A stretch of DNA of 64,000 nt from an uncultured cyanobacterium (lineage in GTDB: Bacteria > Cyanobacteriota > Cyanobacteriia > Phormidesmidales > Phormidesmidaceae). The stretch is from positions 512,001 to 576,000 of the forward strand of contig CAWBZI010000001.1 in assembly GCA_963793265.1 (NCBI GenBank), read 5' to 3'. A program made the translations under genes and the position numbers. Below the pieces are notes generated by a model. The model saw nothing but the letters and a program-made list of their open reading frames with translations, did not search any database and was not told the DNA's origin. This document shows, piece after piece, positions 40,801 to 50,597 of this stretch. Numbering within the stretch: position 1 is the first letter of the stretch; every line of letters starts with the position of its first letter.

Positions 40801-42087
40801 CTATTTTCGTATCTAGCGACGCCACGGTTACGCAAAACTTGAGAGCTAGCCACGTCTCTAGGCTTTACCGAATGGCAACTAGGGCAGTTGTGAACGCGAT
40901 CTTTCAGTTCCTTGCGAACCGTTGCGCCACAGTCGGGGCATTCCTGCGATGAACCGCGATGATCCACCGTATCAAAGAAAACGCCACGCTTGAAAGCGAC
41001 TTGCTTTGTAATGTCTCGCAACTGTCCTAATCCTACGTCTAGCGTGTGTTTGCCAAGGAAACCTTTAGCCATTATACGAAAGTCGATATCCTCAAAAAAG
41101 AGACTATCTGCACCATCACAGAGGAGATGAGCTAGCTTAAAGTGCCAGTCGCGGCGTTGGTTTGCGATATGACTATGCTGCCTCGCTGCTTTTAAACGCG
41201 CTTTTTCGTAGTTTCTAGACCCCTTTGTTTTACGCGCTAGTCTGCGTTGTAGCAATTTAAGCTTACTTTCCGACTGCTTGAAAAACTTAGCGGAACTGAC
41301 TTGAAGACCGTCTGATGTGGCGATTATATAGTCCAATCCGAGATCCACGCCTACGGGATGACCGTGAGGCGATATATCAGGAACAGACACCTCACATTTG
41401 ATGCAGATATTGACATACCACTGATCAGCTTTCTTCACGACGCGACAGTTCGCAATATTAAACCCCTCTGGAATAGGCCGATGCAGGTTTATCGCCACTA
41501 ACCCTAACTTAGGTAGTTTCAATGTTCCGTTATCGCTATCTAAAGGGTTTGTTTTGAACTGTGGAAACAACGTCGATCTAAACTGACCAAACTTTTTGAA
41601 CCGTGGGAATCCAAAGCCTCTGTCACGCATAAAGTCAAAACTACGATGCAGGCGTTTGATAGCTTGCTGCAAGTTTTGAGCGGGAACCGTCTTAAGGTTT
41701 GGAATCGTCTTTTTAGCCTTCGCTAGATTGTTGAGTTGATTAACTTCAGACGGGTAAGGCGTGTTAGCTGGCAGGATATAACAACGATCCAAAACGCAAG
41801 CACTTACCGAACACTTGCGACTGTTGTAGAAGTCTTTGATTTCAGCCAGTGCATAGTTATATACGCGCCGTGAAGTCTCGAACCAATCGTTAAGAGTCGT
41901 CTGTTGATCGATATCTGGATATATGCGGTATTGGTAGTTAAATATCAGCATAGGCTAAGTGTATCAACGTTCTACCGCAAATGTAAGTTCTAGTAGAATT
42001 CAGTTTTTGTAAAGTGACGTATAGTTGAGGGGAAGTGTGATTCACCACAGCGCTAAAAGCGCGAGGCCTTTCACCGATTCCCCTCAA
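40621..42087 (-). mobile_element. IS200/IS605-family element, tnpB only (IS1341-like); left boundary approximate
   Basis: Right end on - strand GAAG-CCCCCGCTTTCAGCGGTGGGAG-ACT-TCAC; left subterminal structure TTGAGGGGAA...TTCCCCTCAA (42025-42087) enclosing a GCGC-TTTTA-GCGC hairpin; no tnpA. Confidence 0.8.
40767..41951 (-). CDS. tnpB: RNA-guided endonuclease TnpB
   Basis: YQYRIYP N-terminus, GFPRFKK, RuvC-I VGVDLG, RuvC-II FEDID, CPDC/CPSC zinc finger, RuvC-III RDVAS. Confidence 0.95.
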   Translation of the reverse strand: MLIFNYQYRIYPDIDQQTTLNDWFETSRRVYNYALAEIKDFYNSRKCSVSACVLDRCYILPANTPYPSEVNQLNNLAKAKKTIPNLKTVPAQNLQQAIKRLHRSFDFMRDRGFGFPRFKKFGQFRSTLFPQFKTNPLDSDNGTLKLPKLGLVAINLHRPIPEGFNIANCRVVKKADQWYVNICIKCEVSVPDISPHGHPVGVDLGLDYIIATSDGLQVSSAKFFKQSESKLKLLQRRLARKTKGSRNYEKARLKAARQHSHIANQRRDWHFKLAHLLCDGADSLFFEDIDFRIMAKGFLGKHTLDVGLGQLRDITKQVAFKRGVFFDTVDHRGSSQECPDCGATVRKELKDRVHNCPSCHSVKPRDVASSQVLRNRGVARYENSPWNIGIMETA

Positions 42088-42152
42088 ACTCCCCTACCGC
42101 TAGATAGAATGTTCCTCGCCTCTGGCCCTTCTGCTTAGGGGTTTTCCTGTGC

Positions 42153-42851
42153 CTAAGCTAGCTGACGCCTAATGAATGCCTGGTTCTGTTCTAAAGAGAG
42201 CTGCAATTCGGAAAGCTGGTTGAGCTGCGCTTTAATTTTCTCGGCTTCTTTTTTGGCGGCAACTTTTTTGTAAAGAGCCGCGCGGGCTAAGTCTTCGCGG
42301 TTCTTTTTGAGGGCACGCTGGGCGACTCGATGCCAGGTGAGAACGTCTTGGGTGGCTTTTTCATAGTTAGGTAGGAGAGTGGTGGTCGCGATCGCAACAT
42401 TGCTCAGCGCCTCTTGAAACAGCAGCCTAGTCCGTTCAGGCGAGGCGCTTTCATTGGCATCTATTGCCGCTCTACGCGCTAAGCCAGTCACTTCAGGCAG
42501 CTTGATCTGGTTGAAGCGAAGGCCAAAATTATCGAGCTGAGCGCAGTCGCCACCCCCTGTTTTACACCAGTCGGCAAAGTGCTCACAGTTATTAAAGAAT
42601 AAATCGTACTGCCGTTCGCCTAAGCGACTTTCGGCCCGCTCTACTACGAATTCTGGAATGAAGGCAGTCGGTACGTTCTTGGTATATATCGCGCCGCCTC
42701 TAGCAAAAGAGTCTCGGGAGGTGCGTTTGATTTCGGCGTCGCCTGATTTGCTGTAGTGAATGACGCTGCCATCACCGCAGTCTATGCCGTGGTGCTCATA
42801 GGGAACGCCCGCAATTTCTCTATATGCGTAAATCTGATCGCCCCGTGCCAT
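42153..42851 (-). CDS. LRAT-family (permuted NlpC/P60) protein with PspA-like helical tail
   Basis: RGDQI, HHGID, VIHY, YDLFFNNCEHFA; tail WHRVAQRALKKNREDLARAAL. Confidence 0.85.
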   Translation of the reverse strand: MARGDQIYAYREIAGVPYEHHGIDCGDGSVIHYSKSGDAEIKRTSRDSFARGGAIYTKNVPTAFIPEFVVERAESRLGERQYDLFFNNCEHFADWCKTGGGDCAQLDNFGLRFNQIKLPEVTGLARRAAIDANESASPERTRLLFQEALSNVAIATTTLLPNYEKATQDVLTWHRVAQRALKKNREDLARAALYKKVAAKKEAEKIKAQLNQLSELQLSLEQNQAFIRRQLA

Positions 42852-42891
42852 AGGTTTGTGTCCAGTTCAGCTAAGGTAATTGGCTTTAACC

Positions 42892-43338
42892 TTACTGTGC
42901 TGCCTGCGGCTTTGCGTCTTCTTGTTTTGCTATCAGTGCATGAATAGACGACATGCCCTTCGTCTGACGGGTTACGTTAATTTGAATATTAGGCCCAGAG
43001 CGGGCGAGCCGAATGACCAAACCATCTTGGACAGGCTTGCTTTCGATGCGCTGGCCCGCTAAATAAGTGCCGTTCGTGCCAATATTATGAATTTCCCAGC
43101 CGTCTTCACCCTGTCGTAGCTCTACGTGATGGCGCGATACTACGGCGCTGTAGAGAATAACGTCGTTGCTGACCGAGCGGCCAATACGGACGACTGGCTC
43201 TTCTTCAAACGTCCAGCTTTGTACAGGCGTTTTGTCGATGGGGTGCAGCAAAGAAAGAGTGATGACGTTGTTTAATGCAGACACAGGCGCAGGCACCAAA
43301 GAGGAAAGGACACAGGCGAATCTGGCGAAGAGACGCAC
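42892..43338 (-). CDS. FHA-domain protein (start uncertain)
   Basis: IGRS, VSRHH, GTNGT. Confidence 0.88.
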   Translation of the reverse strand: MRLFARFACVLSSLVPAPVSALNNVITLSLLHPIDKTPVQSWTFEEEPVVRIGRSVSNDVILYSAVVSRHHVELRQGEDGWEIHNIGTNGTYLAGQRIESKPVQDGLVIRLARSGPNIQINVTRQTKGMSSIHALIAKQEDAKPQAAQ

Positions 43339-43369
43339 CTGAAACCAAATGCCTCAGAGGGCGAGGTGG

Positions 43370-44257
43370 CTAGGCCGTCTCAAAAATGAAGCTGACTTTA
43401 TCGCCTTTACCGAGGGCAATGCGATCGCCCGGACGCAGCCGATGACGGTTTCCCGCTGCTAGCGGTAGACCGTTGACGTAAGTGCCGTTAGAGCTACCAA
43501 CATCTTCGAGGTAGTAGACATCGCCTTCTACACGGAGATTGGCATGGACTCTAGAGACGACCTCGGAGTCTGGAAACCCAGACACATCAATGTCGGGAGG
43601 CGTTTGATCATTAGGTTTCCCAATCCGTACAACAGATAGCTGCCGGGGAATTTCGATTGGTGTGTCGGTTTGGGCGTGGCGCAGGCGAACATTGATGACC
43701 TGTAGCTGAGTGGCGTTTGCCGGTCTTTGCGCAGGTGGCGCAGGGGTTGCAACGGGCGGTGCGGCAGCGGGTGTTGCTGCTGCGGACGCTACGGGCGGAG
43801 CTGAAGCTTCTGTATCTGGCAAGACTGAGGCTTCGGGGCCTGTCTCATTAGCTGATTCGATACCGATGGGCTCGGGTTCAATGAGCGGATCGGGCATCAC
43901 CAAATCGGGCAGGTCAAAGTCAGGATCGAGGCTCGGGCCTGTTGTGTTACCTGCGCTACTGCTAACAGATGAACCACTCGTTGCAGTCGCTGGATTTTCT
44001 ACCAAGAAGTTCTGCGTCTTCATTTCAGAATCAGGTACGCCTGAAACTTCTGTTGAGGAAACACCAGAGGATTGCGAACTGGGTGTTGCTGAGGCTTCTC
44101 TAAGGTCGTTGCCACACTGGCCGCAAAAGCTAGCGTCTTCTTGGACAGGCGTGCCGCAGCTAGGGCACGGCACCATGGCTGGTAGGGGAGTGTAGCAGGC
44201 TTCACACTGAAGCGCACCTTCAGGATTTTGGTGATTGCAGTTCGGACAGGTAATCAT
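43370..44257 (-). CDS. Double zinc ribbon + FHA protein
   Basis: Four CxxC pairs, Pro/Ala/Ser linker, VSRVHA and SSNGTYVNG. Confidence 0.9.
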   Translation of the reverse strand: MITCPNCNHQNPEGALQCEACYTPLPAMVPCPSCGTPVQEDASFCGQCGNDLREASATPSSQSSGVSSTEVSGVPDSEMKTQNFLVENPATATSGSSVSSSAGNTTGPSLDPDFDLPDLVMPDPLIEPEPIGIESANETGPEASVLPDTEASAPPVASAAATPAAAPPVATPAPPAQRPANATQLQVINVRLRHAQTDTPIEIPRQLSVVRIGKPNDQTPPDIDVSGFPDSEVVSRVHANLRVEGDVYYLEDVGSSNGTYVNGLPLAAGNRHRLRPGDRIALGKGDKVSFIFETA

Positions 44258-44340
44258 AAAGAATTGACCCTAATGACGACAAAAAGGAGTGATTGAATGC
44301 TTAAAAAATAGCCGCCCGAGGCCGCTTGATTGGATATAGC

Positions 44341-45069
44341 TTACTTAAATTTCGTAGGGACGCCTTCTCCGGCAGCAGCATCTAGCAGCCATAGCGGGTC
44401 TGCTGGCTGAATAAGCTTGCTGGGATAGGTGTGGTCATCGGCTGTCTCTGAAAATACTTGAGACAGTGCCGTTTGTTTGTTTTCGCCAGCGACCAGAAAG
44501 ACGACCTGACGGCCCTGGTTAATTAATGGCGTGGTGAAGGTGATGCGGGGTTCGCCATCATGATTGCCTACGGTGACGAGGCGATCGCGCACATCTAGCG
44601 CATCGGTATGCGGAAACAAAGACGCCGTATGACCATCGTCTCCCATCCCTTGCAGTACAAAGTCCAGAGCAGGAAATTCCCCGTCCTTAGCGTCAAAGAA
44701 GTCTTTCAGCGTGGCTTCGTACTTGGCCGCGTCTACTGCCGGATCGCCTGCGCTCGTCGGCATCGGAAAGACATTGTCTGCTGGGATCGGAACGTGATTC
44801 AGCCAGGCTTCTCGCGTCATTCGCACGTTACTTTTCTCGTGGTCGTGAGGCACGTAGCGCTCATCGCCCCAAAATACAAAGACCTTTTCCCACGGGAGAT
44901 CTGCCTCTATCATTGAGGCGTATAGCGGCTTGGGCGTACTACCGCCGGATAGGACAATAGTGGCGCGATCGCGATCGGCTATCGCCTGCTTAATGCTTTT
45001 TATAGCAACGTCATGGGCGCGCTTAATCAATGCGGCCTTATCTGGCAAAATCTCAACGGTGGGGGCCAT
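44341..45069 (-). CDS. pgl: 6-phosphogluconolactonase
   Basis: LSGGSTP, FWGDERYV, GMGDDGHTASLFP. Confidence 0.96.
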   Translation of the reverse strand: MAPTVEILPDKAALIKRAHDVAIKSIKQAIADRDRATIVLSGGSTPKPLYASMIEADLPWEKVFVFWGDERYVPHDHEKSNVRMTREAWLNHVPIPADNVFPMPTSAGDPAVDAAKYEATLKDFFDAKDGEFPALDFVLQGMGDDGHTASLFPHTDALDVRDRLVTVGNHDGEPRITFTTPLINQGRQVVFLVAGENKQTALSQVFSETADDHTYPSKLIQPADPLWLLDAAAGEGVPTKFK

Positions 45070-45218
45070 AGAAGTTTCCTGCTGGTTTTTGTGAGAGGCT
45101 TGATACGTGACAGCTTAGCGCGATGGTTCACCACTTTAAATAGCGGTTTCTATCGTGAACTTCAGGGTGCTTTTATGCCGCTAAAATCGTCAGTGGCAAA
45201 CTCTGCACCTTATAACTT

Positions 45219-45956
45219 ATGCTCTCTGTCGTTTTGCCTTGTTTTAATGAAGCGCGTCACGGCTATTTGCCCAAAATATTAGAGAACCTGTGCCAGCAGG
45301 AAGGCGAAAAGCAGCTTATTGCAGTAGTAAGTCCTAGCGCTGACGATACGCTCTGGATGGTCAAGCAATTTTCCGACTTTGAGATTATTGAAGCGGAGGC
45401 TGGCAACCGCGCGCAAAGGCTAAACGTGGGGATCGCCGCTAGTATGGGCAAGGCTGTACTGCTACATCATCCTGCAACTTTGCTACCGGAGAAGATAGCG
45501 TTAATGCAGGCTGAGGAGGCTTTATCGTCTGCGGCATGGGGCGGATTTGTGCATAGCTTTGATATGGATCACTGGCTGCTGCGGTTTACTTCTTGGTATT
45601 CGACGAGGCAGCGATCACAACGTCAGCGCATCCTTTACTTAGATCACTGCATTTTTGCTAGGCGGCAGGTGCTTATCGAGATTGGTGGGGTGCCTGATAT
45701 GGATATTTTTGAAGACACGGCGCTGAGTTTGGCGCTAGCAAGGTGGGGGGCTCCGGCGATCGCACCCGGCAAGGTCATTACCTCAGCTCGGCGGTTTCGC
45801 GATCGCGGCATCTATCAGCAGGCTCTGCTCAACCAGCTATTAAAGGTGATGTATCTGACCCACCAAGATCCGAAAAAACTCAACTGGCTATACGAAAGTA
45901 AAAGTCAGATTAATGTGGCTTACTCAGAGACTTTAGAGGGGTTAGACCAAGAGTAG
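45219..45956 (+). CDS. Family 2 glycosyltransferase-like protein
   Basis: LSVVLPCFNEA, RAQRLNVG, GGVPDMDIFED, TSARRF; DxD absent. Confidence 0.78.
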   Translation: MLSVVLPCFNEARHGYLPKILENLCQQEGEKQLIAVVSPSADDTLWMVKQFSDFEIIEAEAGNRAQRLNVGIAASMGKAVLLHHPATLLPEKIALMQAEEALSSAAWGGFVHSFDMDHWLLRFTSWYSTRQRSQRQRILYLDHCIFARRQVLIEIGGVPDMDIFEDTALSLALARWGAPAIAPGKVITSARRFRDRGIYQQALLNQLLKVMYLTHQDPKKLNWLYESKSQINVAYSETLEGLDQE

Positions 45957-46168
45957 TGTGGCTTGGAAATCCCATCAACTAAAGTAAATATAAAGTAGAG
46001 TAGGCGGGCATATTGAATTCGATTGATAATTCTTTGATGATTTGATAGTTGCTGCACTTAGGGGTTCGCTATTTCATCAAATTTGCTTTATTCTTGTTGA
46101 AAAATCGTACTGTTTTTGACTGCATCATCAGGCAAAATGGTGTATCGAACTCATCTCGCTGGAACTTT

Positions 46169-46972
46169 ATGACTCCCTCTGTACCGCCCAAGGCTCCTTT
46201 TCCCAAAGAAAATATTCCCTCGCCGCTGGCGGCTACTTCTTTGAAGCTGGTGGGAGCCATCACGATTTTGGCTGCGCTGATTGACTTTTTAACGCTGCTA
46301 TTTCCGCCTCAGTTTGGCAATAGAGCCTGGCAGCTAGCAACCACAACTCAGCTTGTAGATCGCGGAATTGTGCCGCTGGTTGGGATTGCGCTGCTGTTTA
46401 CGGGCTACTGGATTGATAGCAGCATTGGGCGATCGCCTCGTCGGGTGAGCCTAGCCGTAGACGCTCGATTTTGGACGTGCTTACTCTCTTGCTTGCTAGG
46501 TCTAATCTTTCTGCTTACAACGGTACTGCACCCCAATAACGTGCGGATTCAGAGTCGTGAGGCGCTTGAGCAGGTAGAGACAGAGGCGACTGCCGCGACC
46601 GACCAGCTACAGGGCCGTTTGGATGCTGATTTGAATCAGAGACGGGCTCAAATTGCGGCGCTTTTGCAGAATGAGGATCAGTTGCAAGCAGCGATCGCAA
46701 ATGGTGACTTAGACGAGGCTCAGCTTGCGCAAATTGAGCGTTTCCGCAGCGATCCAGAAGCATTGAACGCCTTTTTGAACGAGCAGGTTGGTGAAGCGCA
46801 GAACCAACTGCAAAGTCGTATTGGTGAGCAGAAAAGAGACGCTACCGAACGGCTCAGAGCAGAAGCGCTTAAAGCGACAATCCGGGTAACGCTGAGCAGT
46901 TTGCTGTTGGCGATTGGCTATACGTACATCGGCTGGCAGGGCTTGCGCCGGTTGCTGGCGATGGTTAGGTAA
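46169..46972 (+). CDS. HpsJ-like membrane protein
   Basis: Three TM helices with WQL..TTQLVDRGIVPLVG, helical loop, final TM helix; start at ATG 46169. Confidence 0.7.
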   Translation: MTPSVPPKAPFPKENIPSPLAATSLKLVGAITILAALIDFLTLLFPPQFGNRAWQLATTTQLVDRGIVPLVGIALLFTGYWIDSSIGRSPRRVSLAVDARFWTCLLSCLLGLIFLLTTVLHPNNVRIQSREALEQVETEATAATDQLQGRLDADLNQRRAQIAALLQNEDQLQAAIANGDLDEAQLAQIERFRSDPEALNAFLNEQVGEAQNQLQSRIGEQKRDATERLRAEALKATIRVTLSSLLLAIGYTYIGWQGLRRLLAMVR

Positions 46973-46979
46973 TAGCTGC

Positions 46980-47009
46980 GTCGGAGGGCGTAAAGCCTTA
47001 CGCTCCTAC
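46980..47009. repeat. GTAG-type REP-like palindrome between convergent genes
   Basis: - strand reads GTAGGAGCGTAAGGCTTTACGCCCTCCGAC. Confidence 0.55.
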
Positions 47010-47020
47010 GGTGTTGGGTT

Positions 47021-47881
47021 TTAGCTCAGTGCGGTCATCATGGCCTGCTGGGCAACTGTTTGATAAAGGGCTTTGAAGTGGGCCATGACGATTTGAGCTT
47101 CGGTGGTTGCCAGCGGCATATCTCCAATCACGTCTAGAACGGTTTGCTCGGTAGGCATAATCACAACTAAGGAAGGATCTAGGGGGGCGTCGTACTGCCA
47201 GAATTCTTCTATTTGGAGTGTGGGTTGAGCGGCTGGTTGGGTGCGATCGCTCTCATCGATACTCGCTTCAACTTTAGGCGCGGCTGAAGAATCTTCGGTC
47301 GCGTCTTTTTGATCGCCTGCTTCTGCTTGAATTGCTAATTGACGCTGCTGCCGTAAGGCTTCAAGAATTTGTTCTTTGGTACGGCCTCGGAGCTGAAAGA
47401 GGACAAAGGGATCTTCGCGGAAGAAGTCACCGAGCTGATAGTAAACGGCAGCAATATGCTTACAGGGATTCTTAGGATCGGGGCAACTGCATTTGGAGTT
47501 GACGTCAGAGAGAGTGAAAGGAAATAAGCTGAGGCCGTTAGACGTAAAGACTTTCTCAATGTCATCAGGCATTTCTCCGGCGAGAAGCTGCGCAGAATAA
47601 AGGGCTTGTTTACCTAACGTATCGATTACAAAGCCCCAGTCTTCGTCAGTAAATCGCTCGATCCAAATGGAGAGCTGATAGGGTTCGTTAGCGGTGCCCT
47701 GAACTTTGGCGTGAACTTTTGAGTTTTTGAACTCTAGGCTGAGGATGTGGCCCTGGCGGGCGTAGTTGCGGCCACGCTCCAGGCGCTTTTTGAAGCGATA
47801 GGAATTGAGCAAATCTACCCACTGCTGTACCCACCAGGTATCTTCTTGGGCAGCAGGCGGTTGAGGGGCGCTATAGGTCAT
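47021..47881 (-). CDS. SWIM zinc-finger protein
   Basis: RLERGRNYAR, CSCPD...CKHIAAV, DPFVLFQLRG. Confidence 0.92.
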   Translation of the reverse strand: MTYSAPQPPAAQEDTWWVQQWVDLLNSYRFKKRLERGRNYARQGHILSLEFKNSKVHAKVQGTANEPYQLSIWIERFTDEDWGFVIDTLGKQALYSAQLLAGEMPDDIEKVFTSNGLSLFPFTLSDVNSKCSCPDPKNPCKHIAAVYYQLGDFFREDPFVLFQLRGRTKEQILEALRQQRQLAIQAEAGDQKDATEDSSAAPKVEASIDESDRTQPAAQPTLQIEEFWQYDAPLDPSLVVIMPTEQTVLDVIGDMPLATTEAQIVMAHFKALYQTVAQQAMMTALS

Positions 47882-47946
47882 AGGTGTAGGCGAGATGATG
47901 TTGGGGTTGTACCTTAAAACTTACTACAGGTCGATTGCTGAATTCA

Positions 47947-49359
47947 TCAGCTTTGCGCCACAGGCATCTGACTCATTTGCTGTAGGTCTAAAACTTTGCT
48001 CAAGGTCGCTTCATCCATGAGCTGCCGGTCTAAGACGATTTGGCGTAAAGACTGGCCGGTTTCGAGCGATTCTTTGGCAACTGCTGCCGCGTTCAAGTAT
48101 CCAATGTGAGTATTTAGGGCGGTGACTAACGCTAAGCTGCCTTCTGCATAGTCCATGCAGCGCTCAGGAAAGGCGGTGATGCCTTGTAAGCATTTGGTGT
48201 CTAGAGCTTCGAGGGTGTTGCCTAGTATTTCAATGCTGTGAATGAGGTCGTAGGCGATGAGCGGCATCATCACGTTGAGTTCGAGCTGACCAGCTTGGGC
48301 GCAAAGGGCGATCGCACTCCCGTAGCCCATCACCTGAAAGCACACCATAGATGTCATCTCAGCCATGACTGGATTGTATTTACCCGGCATGATAGATGAG
48401 CCTGGCTGCACGGGCGGAAGCTGAATTTCTTTGAGGCCGGTCTTGGGCCCAGAGTCTAAAAGTCTGAGGTCGTGGGAGATTTTGACGAGATCTTGAGCGA
48501 GGTTGGTGAGGGCGCTGCTGACGGCGACGAAAGGGGCCATGCTCTGCATGGCAGCCATTAAGTGAGGGGCGCTGGTGATGGGCTGCTGAAGGTAGTCGGA
48601 GAGAATTTCGGCAACGCGGAAACGGTAGTCAGGATGTGTGTTGAGGCCAGTGCCAGTGGCGCTGCCGCCGAGCCCTAAAACGGCGAGTTCTTCAGCAGCA
48701 GTTTTGAGGCGCTTTTGGTGGCCCGTAAGGATGTGTTCCCAGGCGCGGAAGCCTTCACCGAGTCGGACGGGGACGGCATCTTGCATGTGGGTGCGGCCTG
48801 AGCGTACGACAGCTTGGAATTCGGTGGCTTTGGATTTTAGCGTCGCGATCGCCCCTTCCAAAGCCGGGTACAGCGAATGCTCTAGCGCCAAAATCCCACC
48901 GACGCGAATCGCCGTTGGAATTACATCATTCGTGGACTGCCCGTAGTTCACATGGTCGTTAGGGCTCACCCGTGCGTAATTCCCCTTCTCATCGCCCAGT
49001 ATTTCTAGCGCCCGATTCGCCAGCACCTCATTCACATTCATATGATGTGACGTGCCCGCTCCCGCCTGATACACATCAACCACGAACTGATCTCGCAGGC
49101 TCCCAGCCAAGATCTCATTGGTTGCCTGAACAATGGCTTCACTAATATCACCCGGAATGCACTCAAGCTCTCCATTTGCCGTTGCCGTTGCCTTTTTAAT
49201 CAGCAGGCAAGCATCAGCGTAAGTTTCTAACGGCTTTAGCCCGCTAATCGGAAAATTTTGAATTGCCCTCAGCGTTTGAATGCCATAGTAAGCCTCCGCT
49301 GGAATCTCCATCTCTCCCATAGAGTCTTTTTCGATGCGGATATTGGCTGCTTCTACCAT
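47947..49359 (-). CDS. aspA: Aspartate ammonia-lyase / class II fumarase family
   Basis: RIEKDSMG, GTSHHMNVNEV, QSTND, GRTHMQDA, GSSIMPGKYNP; aspA versus fumC not resolved. Confidence 0.8.
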   Translation of the reverse strand: MVEAANIRIEKDSMGEMEIPAEAYYGIQTLRAIQNFPISGLKPLETYADACLLIKKATATANGELECIPGDISEAIVQATNEILAGSLRDQFVVDVYQAGAGTSHHMNVNEVLANRALEILGDEKGNYARVSPNDHVNYGQSTNDVIPTAIRVGGILALEHSLYPALEGAIATLKSKATEFQAVVRSGRTHMQDAVPVRLGEGFRAWEHILTGHQKRLKTAAEELAVLGLGGSATGTGLNTHPDYRFRVAEILSDYLQQPITSAPHLMAAMQSMAPFVAVSSALTNLAQDLVKISHDLRLLDSGPKTGLKEIQLPPVQPGSSIMPGKYNPVMAEMTSMVCFQVMGYGSAIALCAQAGQLELNVMMPLIAYDLIHSIEILGNTLEALDTKCLQGITAFPERCMDYAEGSLALVTALNTHIGYLNAAAVAKESLETGQSLRQIVLDRQLMDEATLSKVLDLQQMSQMPVAQS

Positions 49360-49585
49360 GGCTAATTATTCTCAACGCGACGGATGAGGCTCGGTTAGGG
49401 GAACGTTTCAGATCTTAAGCTTTTATGCCAACATCAGAAGCATCGGCTTACTATCCAACTAGCCTTGATATGACCTAACTGGGCACAATGAGCGCAAGCG
49501 GCAGCGCAGCAGCAGAACTTGATAAAAGGCATTATGTCATGCGGCTTGTTGGTCATTACGGATAACAGCACTACGATTAACAGCA

Positions 49586-50581
49586 GTGGTTACTTCTCTT
49601 CCTAATTTTACGGCCAATCTTCGCAAGCAAGATAGTTTTAGAGCGCTCTCTAACGTTGAAGAAATGGCTAGCTTTGATGAGCCGCCACCGCTGCCGTCAC
49701 CACCGTCTTCTGTCAATGCAGCGCTACCTGATATAGCACTATGCTCAGAGCCAGCAGACGCGGAGCCGACCGCTGGCAGCCAGGATATTAAAACCTTAAT
49801 CGGTCAGGGCTTTGAGCTGCGTAATGCAGGCAATTATAAAGGCGCAATCAAACGGTTTGATCGCGTCATCGCCCAAGATCAAACCTCTCCTAAGCCTTTT
49901 TTGTACCGCGCACAAACCCTAATTCAGATAAGGGCTTACGAAGCGGCGCTTAAGGATTTTCGTACGGTGCTACAGCTCGACCCTACAAACGTGCGCGCCT
50001 GGCATGGTCAGGGCGTAGCCAAAGCTGAGCTGAGGCTGTATCCCTCGGCAGTCGATAGCTTTGATCGGGCGCTAACCTGTGACCCTAATAATGACAAGAT
50101 TTGGTATAACCGGGGTCGCGCGTTGCTTAAGCTAGAGCAGCATGATAGAGCTTTAGAAAGTTTTGATAGAGCCGTTGCGCTCAATAAATATAGATATCAT
50201 GCCTGGTATTCTCGGGCGCTGGCTCAGGCGGCTTTGGAGCTGATTCAACCGGCTATTGAGAGCCTGGAAGAGGCCACAGCGCTCAAGGAAAGCTGTCACT
50301 ATGCCTGGAACTATCGGGGCACTTTGCTCAATCGCTTGTTTAATCATCAAGAGGCGCTAAAAAGCTTTAGAGAGTCTTTGGAGCACCGTACGCCCAATCC
50401 TAATGCCTGGTACGGGTTGGCTTCTACCTACGCGCTTCTAGATGATCCAGATTCGACGGCGATTCATCTGCGTCAGGCGATTCAGCTCAACCCCAGTATC
50501 TATAGCCTGATGGCCCGCAACGACAACAGTTTCGATTTAGTTCGCGACCATCCTAAAGTAGCTAGCGTTTTGCGTGACTAG
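49586..50581 (+). CDS. TPR protein
   Basis: About seven 34-aa repeats (AWHGQG, IWYNRG, AWNYRG) plus a C-terminal capping unit. Confidence 0.9.
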   Translation: MVTSLPNFTANLRKQDSFRALSNVEEMASFDEPPPLPSPPSSVNAALPDIALCSEPADAEPTAGSQDIKTLIGQGFELRNAGNYKGAIKRFDRVIAQDQTSPKPFLYRAQTLIQIRAYEAALKDFRTVLQLDPTNVRAWHGQGVAKAELRLYPSAVDSFDRALTCDPNNDKIWYNRGRALLKLEQHDRALESFDRAVALNKYRYHAWYSRALAQAALELIQPAIESLEEATALKESCHYAWNYRGTLLNRLFNHQEALKSFRESLEHRTPNPNAWYGLASTYALLDDPDSTAIHLRQAIQLNPSIYSLMARNDNSFDLVRDHPKVASVLRD

Positions 50582-50597
50582 CTGTTTTGAGAGGGCA

